Positions 56,052-64,000 of a DNA stretch of 64,000 nucleotides are shown here, in pieces. The notes under the pieces were generated by a model that was given only the letters and a program-made list of their open reading frames with translations, did no database searches and was not told the DNA's origin. The translations under genes and the position numbers were made by a program. This DNA is from an uncultured Planctomycetota bacterium (GTDB lineage: Bacteria; Planctomycetota; Planctomycetia; Isosphaerales; Isosphaeraceae). How positions within the stretch are numbered: the stretch's first letter is position 1; each line of letters starts with the position of its first letter. The stretch lies in NCBI GenBank assembly GCA_963823665.1, contig CAWGMQ010000010.1:2016001-2080000 (forward strand), given 5' to 3'.

Positions 56052-59000
56052 ATGAGCGACACGAAAAGAATGCCAAACGCCGATGCGCACTCCCTTCGCT
56101 TTCTCAGGGGAGGCGGCGAGATGGGTGAGCGCATTCGTGCATTCGACTGGTCAAAGACGCCGATTGGACCAGCGGAGTCGTGGTCACCTGCGCTGCGGAC
56201 GGTTATTCGACTGATGCTGTCGAATCGCTTGCCCATGTTGCTGTGGTGGGGGCCGCAGTACGTCTGCATTTACAACGACCCCTACTGCCCGGTTCTCGGC
56301 AACAAGCATCCATGGGGTTTGGGCCGTCCGGTGAGCGAGTGCTGGAAGGAAATCTGGCACGTGCTCAAACCACTGATCGACACGCCGTTCAATGGTGGTC
56401 CAGCAACCTGGGATGAGGACATTCTTCTCGTCATCAACCGCTACGGGTTCAACGAAGAGACGCACTGGCTGATCGCGTACAGCCCGGTCCCGGACGAGAG
56501 CGTACCGAGCGGCATCGGCGGCGTCCTGGCGACTGTTCATGAAATCACGGCGAAAGTGCTCAGCGAGCGCCGCATGACGGCACTGCGTGATCTGGGTAGT
56601 CATCCGGGCGAGGCAAAGAGCCCGGAGGCGGCGTGCATCGCGGCCGCAAGGACATTGGAGGCTTACGCCAAGGACATCCCGTTCGCGCTGCTCTACCTGA
56701 CCGAAGCCGACGGCAGGCACGCACGCCTGGCGGCGACCGCAGGAGTCGCACCGGGCCAGGACATCAGCCCAGAGCGTGTTGACCTCGAGTCAAAGAGCGA
56801 TGCGTGGCCATGGGTGGAAACAAAACGGAGCATGGATCTGCAGGTCGTAACCGATCTCGGGGCGCGCTTCTCGTCCGTGCCGTCCGGCCGCTGGCCCGAC
56901 CCACCGAACACCGCGGTCGTGCTGCCCATCGGTTCCAGCAAGCCGCACGAGCCCGTCGGGTTCCTCGTCTCCGGGGTCAGCAGTCAACTGCGGCTGGACG
57001 ACGCCTACCGCGGCTTTCTGGACCTCGTGACCACACAGGTCGGCACGGCCGTCGCGAATGCACGGGCCCACGCAGAGGAGAAGCGGCGTGCCGAGTCGCT
57101 GGCCGAACTTGACCGAGCCAAGACGACCTTCTTCTCGAACGTCAGCCACGAATTCCGCACCCCGCTGACACTCATGCTCGGCCCCCTTGAGGATGCCCTT
57201 GCCGAGACGGAAAGCGACTTGCCGCCCCAGCAGCGAGAGCGGCTGGAAATTGTCCGCCGCAACGGGCTGCGTCTCCACAAACTCGTCAACACTCTGCTCG
57301 ATTTCTCCCGCATCGAAGCGGGGCGGGTTCAGGTCAGTTTTCAACCGGTCGATCTGGCAGCGCTTACCAGCGATCTGGCAAGTAATTTCCGCTCGGCCTG
57401 CGAGAAGGCGGGCCTCGAGCTCGTCGTGGACTGCTCCGTGCTGTCGGAGCCGGTGTATGTGGACGCCGAGATGTGGGAAAAGATCGTTTTCAATTTGATC
57501 TCGAACGCCTTCAAGTTCACTTTGAAGGGCCGTATCGAGATCACGCTGCGGCAGTCGGACCGGCACGCCGAGCTGGTTGTGCGGGATACCGGTGTCGGCA
57601 TTCCGGGCGACCAGATGCCCAGGCTGTTCGAGCGGTTTCATCGAGTCGAGGGAGTCACGGGACGATCGCTTGAAGGCTCCGGCATCGGACTGGCTCTCGT
57701 CCGAGAACTGCTGCGCCTCCACGGCGGCCAGATCAGCGCCACGAGCGAGATCGGCAAGGGGACTTCATTTGTCGTGACGGTTCCGCTGGGTACCGCCCAC
57801 CTTCAGGGTAAGCTACTCGCTCCGGCTCCGGCCTTGATTTCGACGGCGCTGCGCACCGGCCATCACGTCGAAGAGGCGTTGCGCTGGTTGCCCGATGCTG
57901 GTCCCGCTCTCCTTGAAGAGGCGACTCTGATCGGCGAGGTCGAACAGGAACGGAGGCCGGGTCATCAGCCGGGCGGCAACGCGTTCCGTATCGTGATCGC
58001 CGACGACAACGCCGACATGCGGCAACACCTCGAGCGCGTTCTCTCTCAACACTATCACATCGAGGCGGTATGTGATGGTCAGGCGGCGCTCGATGCCGTC
58101 AAGCGGTCGATGCCCGACCTGATCCTGGCGGATGTCACGATGCCCCGGCTTGACGGGTTCGGGCTGCTCAAAGCCCTGCGATCCGACCCGAGCACGAGCG
58201 GATTGCCCTTCGTCATGCTCACGGCCCGTGCCGGCGAGGAAAGCCGGGTCGACGGGATGGAGGCCGGGGCAGACGACTACCTCGTGAAGCCATTCAGCGC
58301 CGAGAGCTTCTGGCCCGTGTCGGTGGGCACCTCCAGATGGCACGGCTGCGACAGCAGGCCGGCGCAGCCGCGCGGAAGAGTGAAGAACGGATGCGTCTCT
58401 TGTGGGAATCGGCGGCCGTGCTGCTGACCACCGATGATCCTGAGACGATGTTGCGAAACCTTTTCGCCAAGATCGGGCCACACCTGGGGCTGGACACCTA
58501 CTTCAACTTCATGGTCAATGACAGCGGCACGGGACTCAAGCTGGCATCTTGCACCGGCGTCTCGGACGAGGCCGCGGGCACCATCAAGAACCTGGAGTTC
58601 GGGCAGTCCATTTGCGGCACGGAGGCCATGCTCCGCATGCCAGTCACCGTCACGTTCATCCAGCGGTCTGATGACCCGAAGGCGCAGTTGGCGAAATCGT
58701 TCGGTATCAGAGCGTATGCCTGCAATCCGCTGATGACGGGCGACGAATTGCTTGGCACATTGTCGTTCGCCAGCCGCAGTCGGGATGAGTTCGACGCCGA
58801 GGAGCTGGACTTCTTGCAAACGATCTGCCGGTACGTCACGGCTGCCTATGAACGGCTGCGACTTATCGGGCAGTTGCGCGAGTCAGATCGCCGCAAGGAT
58901 GAATTCCTGGCGACACTGGCCCATGAACTCCGCAACCCGCTGGCGCCGATCCGCAACGGTCTGCACGTCCTGCGGCTTGGCGGCGCCGGTGGCGAGATGG

Positions 59001-59992
59001 CAGACGATGCCCGTGAGATGATGGAGCGGCAACTATCGTTGATGGTGCGCCTGATTGACGACTTGCTGGACTTGAGCCGGATCAGCCGTGGCAAGATTGA
59101 ACTTAAAAAAGAACGGGTCGAGCTGGCGAAAGTCGTTCATCATGCCATCGAGACGAGCCGCCCGACCATCGAGGAAGCAGGCCACGAGTTGATGATTGAC
59201 GTGCCAGCCGGTCGAGTCTATGTCGATGCTGATGTGATACGACTGGCCCAGGTATTTTCCAACCTCCTGAACAATGCCGCGAAATACACAGAGCGCGGCG
59301 GCCGGATTGGACTTTCGGTGCAGCGGCGGGGGGGAGAGGTGCACGTGTCCGTGCGAGATAACGGAATCGGCATCCCTGTGCACATGCTGCCAAAGGTGTT
59401 CGATATGTTCACCCAAGTCGACCGCAACCTGGAGCGGTCACAAGGCGGGCTCGGTATTGGCCTGTCGATCGTGAAGCGGCTGGTCGAGATGCACGGCGGC
59501 AGCGTCGAAGCCAGGAGCGACGGTCACGGCATGGGAAGCGACTTCGCAGTCCGGCTGCCCGTCGTGCCGTACGTAGCTCAGTCGAAGATCGCTGATGAAC
59601 ACGCCACCGACCCATCGAGCCGACGGCGAGTCCTGGTCGTGGACGACAATCGGGACGCCGCCATGAGCCTGGCAATGATGCTCAAGCTCATGGGGAATGA
59701 GACGAAGACAGCGCACGACGGGTTCGAGGCGCTCGAGGTGGCGGCAGTCTTCCGGCCAGACCTGATCCTCCTCGACATCGGGATGCCGCGATTGAACGGT
59801 CACGAGACCGCCAGGCGGATCCGGGAGCAACCCTGGGACAAAGGCGTCGTACTGGTGGCGCTGACCGGCTGGGGCCAGGAGGAAGACCGCCGCATGTCAG
59901 ATGCGGCCGGGTTTGACGCACACCTGGTCAAACCGATCGAACCATCGGCGCTGGAGAAGTTGCTCGCGAGCCTGCCGGCGAGAATTGGCTGA
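56052..59992 (+). CDS. Hybrid sensor kinase GAF-HisKA-HATPase-REC-GAF-HisKA-HATPase-REC, frameshift near 58301
   Basis: DWSKTPIGPAESW N-terminus; H-boxes SHEFRTPL and AHELRNPL; two G-boxes; two REC domains. FSARELLARV is broken by a 1-nt deletion. Confidence 0.9.
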
Positions 59993-60022
59993 GGGTTCGG
60001 CGGGGGGTTGTGATCCCGGCCC

Positions 60023-63000
60023 TCATTGCCCATCGCTGTAATCTTTGACGGCGGGCATCAGTCCATGCTCGAACAAGCTGTCGATCGCTGCGGCGGTTGG
60101 AGCTTCGATGGCGGCGGCGCTCGCGGTGGGCGAAATGACAAGCCCGGTATTGGCCACCGTGGCTGTGAAATCCTTGCCGTTGTTGATCGGTCGTCCCAGC
60201 GGGTCGGTCAGAAGCGAAACGTTGACCAGCAACTGCTCGAACTTGGGCAGGCGGTGCTTGCCCCGGGGGAGGAGGATGACGCTGTCGCTCGAGGGGTTGT
60301 AGATCGCCTGGGTGAGCGGCACGAGCTTGTTATAGATGATTCGCGAAACCTTGTGAACCTTCTTTTTCTTGCCCGAGAAGACGGTGTAGGCCGCGAGATT
60401 CTGAGCCGCGGTGGCGTCCAAGGCACCGCTGAACTGGACGAAGAGCACCAGCGCTCTCTGCTTGTGGAATTTCCTGCCGAGCTTGACCTTCTCGACCTTT
60501 AATGCCGTGATCGTCACGGGCGACGTTGGCGCTTGCGTAACGGCGATCGTCGTCGTGGCTCCCGTGGTCGTGTAATCGGCCGCGTCGGCCGGCCTGAAGA
60601 GCACCGACAAAGGCTGATTCTGGCCTACGGGCAAGATCGTGCCCGCCGCCGGAGTGTAGACGAAGGTGCCCGCCACCCCTGCCGTGGCGTCGAGCTGCGC
60701 CGACCCCAGGGGCGTGCCGGACGTGATGCCGCCAGGCGTGGCCCACGTGACCGTCGGTGTCGCCTTCTTGACCGTCAGCGTCGCCGAGCTGCTGGCGGAC
60801 ATGAAATCCGCATTGCCCACGACGCTGTAGGAAATCGTGTAGGGCGAACCAGCAGCGCCAAGCGAGGCCGTGTTGAATTTCGCGGAGAAGTCGCCGGTCG
60901 TGGTGTCGATCGGGACGGTCGCGGTGACGCCAGCGAGGGTGATCGAGACATTCCCGGAGGGGATCTTCGACCCTGGGGCGACGATCTGGCCCGAGAGCGT
61001 GACGCTCGGGGTGCCGTAGCTGATCGTCGGCACGGAGAGCACGCTGAAGGCCGGCTGCGCCGCGACGACGTTGATCGTCACTGAGTCAGGAGCCGTGGTG
61101 TAGTCGGCCGAATCGGTTGGGGTGAATAGCACCGACAGGGTCTGTCCCTGGCCTACATTCGGTACCGTTCCCACAGCCGGTGAATAGGCGAAGGCGCCGC
61201 CCACCGAGGCCGTGGCGTCGAGCTGCGTCGACCCCAGCGACGTGCCATACGCGATGTCGGCGGGCGTGGCCCATGTAACGGCCGGCGTGGCCTTGTTGAC
61301 CGTCAGCATCGTGGTGCTGCCCGCGGCGGCGAAGTCTGCGTTGCCCGCGAAGCTGTAGGAGATGGTGTAGGGCGAAGCGGCCACGCCAAGCGCGGCCGTG
61401 TTGAAGTTCGCGGAGAAGTCGCCGGTCGAAGTGTCGATCGGGGCGGTCTCGGTGACGCCATCGAGGGTGATCGAGACATCGCCCGAAGGAATGAGCGACC
61501 CTGGGGCGGCGATCTGGCCCGAGAGGTTGACGCTCGCCGTGCCGTAGGTGATCGTGGGCGCGGACAGGACGCTGAAGGCCGGCTGTGCCGGGGTGACGTT
61601 GATCGTCACTGAGTCAGGAGCCGTGGTGTAGTCGGCCGAGTCGGTCGGGGTGAATAGAACCGACAAGGTCTGTCCCTGGCCTCCATTCGGTACCGTTCCC
61701 ACCGCCGGTGAATAGACGAACGTGCCCGCCACCGAGGCCGTGGCGTCGAGCTGCGCTGACCCCAGGGCCGTGCCATACGTGATGCCGGCGGGCGTGGCCC
61801 ACGTGACGGCCGGCGTGGCCTGGGTGACCGTCAGCGTCGCGGTGCTGCTGGAGGCGGTGAAGTTTGCGTCGCCGGCGAAGTTGTAGGAGATGGTGTAGGG
61901 CGAAGCAGCCACGCCAAGTGCGGCCGTGTTGAAGTTCGCGGAGAAGTCGCCGGTCGAGGGGTCGATCGCGGCGGTCGCGGTAACGCCGTCGAGCGTGATC
62001 GTGACATCGCCGGAAGGGATGGTTGAGCCTGGGCCGGCGATCTCGCCCGAGAGGGTGACGCTCGCTGTGCCGTAGGTGATGAAGGGCACAGACAGTCGAC
62101 TCCAGGTAGGCGTGGGCCCCGTCTTCACCGTCGCGGTTACCGACGCCGACTCGTTCGGCTGAGTCAGCGAATTTACCTGCACGGTGACGGTCCCTTGGCC
62201 GACGCTCGAGAGGCTTATCTCGAGCATGATCGCGCCGGTCGAAAATCCCGGCAGGATGAAAGTCGGGATCGTCTGGGTCGGCAGTCCGTCGAGGCCCATC
62301 AAGGTGGCGGTCACCGGGCCTGTCGTTCCCATGATGGTCGCCGCATAGGAGTCCTGGCTGTTGCCCGTGTTGTTGACCAGCAGGATGAACGAGGACGAGC
62401 CCGGGACAGGCACGACCTGGACGCTCGGGTTGAACTGGGCCGTCAGTCCTTCGGTCGACGGGATGCTGAGCGTAGCGGTGGCGGCCGCTCCGACGGCGGG
62501 ATTGGTCTGCGATGTGGCCATTGCGGTCAGGGCCAGGCCGCCCGGATCGGCGAAGTTCACGGCCGACGTGGTGATCGAGACCATTTGCGACGCACCCGGC
62601 GCCAGCGTCACCTGTGACACGGCGAGAGTCGAAACGACTGCGGCCGGCCCGGTCAGCGCCAGGGTATAGGTGTCTGACGCCGTACCGGTGTTGGTCACGG
62701 TCATCTGGAAGGTTGTGCCCGGAGCGGCCGAGCCCGGGTCGAGCGACACGCTGACGCCGTTGGCCGCGACCGTGAGCGTGCCCTGAGTCGTGGCCGTTGC
62801 CGCAGAGCTGGTGGTGGAAACAGCAGTGACCGTGAATGGGTAATCCGCGGCGGCGGTGCCGGGCGCCGGCGTGAGCGTCAAGGTCACGTCGCGGAAGTTG
62901 CTCTGGCCGGGGGGTGCAGTGATCGTCGCGGGGGAGAAGCTCGCCGCGATGCCGGCAGGCAGGCCCATGACAGCCAGATTGTAGGTGTCGGTCGCGTTGC

Positions 63001-64000
63001 CGACGTTGGTGACGGTGACGGTATAACTGGCCGACGTTCCTTGCCCGGCGGTGGCCGAGGACGGGCTGAGGCTCACATTGACGCCGGGCAGAGCGACCGT
63101 GGACGTCACGGTGAGCTGGCCTTCGACCGAATCGCTGGCGCCGGCGGCATCCGTGGTATCGACTTCGAAGACCTGCGTACCCGCGGCGGCGCCGGCGGGG
63201 ACGGTCACCTCTAGCGGCACATCGACCGTCTGGCCGGCAGGCATCAGCATGCTCGCGGCCAAGCCGACCGTGAACCCGCTCAAGCCGCTCACACTGAGAT
63301 TGTAGGTCTCGTCGGTTGACAGCGGGTTGGTCAGTGCCACGGTGTAGTCGGCCGTCGTGCTGGTGTTCGCGGTCTGCGCTGGCGGAGTCAAGCTGATGAT
63401 GTGCTCGGCCGCCACCGTGACCGGCGGCAGCGTGATGGTTTCGACGAGCGGTTGCCCCGTGCTCGTTGTGGTCGTCTCGGTGACCGTGATCCCGGTGCTG
63501 ATCTGCTCTACTTCGCCGGGGGTCATGTTGGCGACGGTGCCGGTCAGTTGGAACTGGCTGTCGGTAAATCCCCCGACCACGTTGGCGTTCCACACCACTC
63601 CCGACGCGGACACCGACGTGGCCCCCGGACTGATCGAGGAAGGGTCTACGTTATAGCCGGTTGCGGGGAGCTGGTCCTCGATCTGCGTTTGCGCCGTGTT
63701 GGGGTTAAACACCATGGCCATGACGACCGCGTTGCCCTGGCTGTCGGTCACGAGGGTGGTGAACCCGGCGGCGCTCGGCGTGCTAAAGTCGGAATGAACG
63801 CTGGAATTCCAGCCGCTGAGACCTTGCCCGCCGGCTGTTTGTTGCCAGTTGCCGCTCGATAGACCGGCCATGATCGGGCTGCTAGGGTCGACGATGCTGA
63901 CGTCTTGCACATCGGTGACGGCGTTGGGATTGCCGCCGCTTGATCCGATGAGAGAGGCATAGGGGACCCAAGAAAAGGAGTTGGCTGCGTAAAGCTCTGC
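60023..64000 (-). CDS. Large secreted Ig-like repeat surface protein (5' end outside the window)
   Basis: Frame open to the window end; NEW3/Ig-like T/S/A-rich repeats, three Big_3/MBG-like units, and a planctomycete-like basic C-terminal domain. Confidence 0.85.
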   Translation of the reverse strand, partial: AELYAANSFSWVPYASLIGSSGGNPNAVTDVQDVSIVDPSSPIMAGLSSGNWQQTAGGQGLSGWNSSVHSDFSTPSAAGFTTLVTDSQGNAVVMAMVFNPNTAQTQIEDQLPATGYNVDPSSISPGATSVSASGVVWNANVVGGFTDSQFQLTGTVANMTPGEVEQISTGITVTETTTTSTGQPLVETITLPPVTVAAEHIISLTPPAQTANTSTTADYTVALTNPLSTDETYNLSVSGLSGFTVGLAASMLMPAGQTVDVPLEVTVPAGAAAGTQVFEVDTTDAAGASDSVEGQLTVTSTVALPGVNVSLSPSSATAGQGTSASYTVTVTNVGNATDTYNLAVMGLPAGIAASFSPATITAPPGQSNFRDVTLTLTPAPGTAAADYPFTVTAVSTTSSAATATTQGTLTVAANGVSVSLDPGSAAPGTTFQMTVTNTGTASDTYTLALTGPAAVVSTLAVSQVTLAPGASQMVSITTSAVNFADPGGLALTAMATSQTNPAVGAAATATLSIPSTEGLTAQFNPSVQVVPVPGSSSFILLVNNTGNSQDSYAATIMGTTGPVTATLMGLDGLPTQTIPTFILPGFSTGAIMLEISLSSVGQGTVTVQVNSLTQPNESASVTATVKTGPTPTWSRLSVPFITYGTASVTLSGEIAGPGSTIPSGDVTITLDGVTATAAIDPSTGDFSANFNTAALGVAASPYTISYNFAGDANFTASSSTATLTVTQATPAVTWATPAGITYGTALGSAQLDATASVAGTFVYSPAVGTVPNGGQGQTLSVLFTPTDSADYTTAPDSVTINVTPAQPAFSVLSAPTITYGTASVNLSGQIAAPGSLIPSGDVSITLDGVTETAPIDTSTGDFSANFNTAALGVAASPYTISYSFAGNADFAAAGSTTMLTVNKATPAVTWATPADIAYGTSLGSTQLDATASVGGAFAYSPAVGTVPNVGQGQTLSVLFTPTDSADYTTAPDSVTINVVAAQPAFSVLSVPTISYGTPSVTLSGQIVAPGSKIPSGNVSITLAGVTATVPIDTTTGDFSAKFNTASLGAAGSPYTISYSVVGNADFMSASSSATLTVKKATPTVTWATPGGITSGTPLGSAQLDATAGVAGTFVYTPAAGTILPVGQNQPLSVLFRPADAADYTTTGATTTIAVTQAPTSPVTITALKVEKVKLGRKFHKQRALVLFVQFSGALDATAAQNLAAYTVFSGKKKKVHKVSRIIYNKLVPLTQAIYNPSSDSVILLPRGKHRLPKFEQLLVNVSLLTDPLGRPINNGKDFTATVANTGLVISPTASAAAIEAPTAAAIDSLFEHGLMPAVKDYSDGQ
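60540..62095 (-). repeat. Three tandem 528-bp (176-aa) intragenic repeats
   Basis: GAGAAGTCGCCGGTCG recurs at 60885, 61413 and 61941. Confidence 0.88.

Noticed and set aside
61614..63593. 659-aa Arg/His-rich ORF
   Set aside because: Alternative frame of the Thr/Ala-rich surface protein.

Overview
GC-rich bacterial DNA whose gene content points to a planctomycete, probably Isosphaeraceae-like (inferred from DUF1570, LEPR-XLL-type secreted proteins and planctomycete ECF/kinase remnants). Many conserved genes carry 1-2 nt indels that look like long-read errors. 0-22.8 kb is mostly housekeeping: an LRR protein, a MutS-like ATPase, an MBL hydrolase, rhamnulokinase, CorA, RecJ, a ROK kinase, an orphan HigA-like antitoxin, DUF1570, a murB-ftsQ-like-short secA cluster, an oxidoreductase and a MoaD/BNR pair. 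22.8-35 kb is a rearranged RND efflux locus: TolC-LysM fusion, MFP, two duplicated permeases with an extra hydrophobic hairpin, and an IS630 scar. 35-38 kb holds a YciI-ECF42-YdeI operon and a Rdx/SelW-type selenoprotein (CxxU plus SECIS-like hairpin) that the ORF track truncated. 39.7-42.2 kb is a set of gene fragments. The most notable element is 42.2-55.8 kb, a coupled two-gene NLR-like system. Gene 1 is a Ser/Thr kinase fused to three TIR/DUF4062-like domains that appear to lack the catalytic Glu. Gene 2 is a ~3,740-aa membrane-anchored nSTAND1 NTPase with WD40, TPR-like repeats and F-type (fucose-binding) lectin modules. The window ends with a double hybrid histidine kinase and the 3' part of a giant Ig-repeat surface protein. 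No tRNA, rRNA or CRISPR array was seen.
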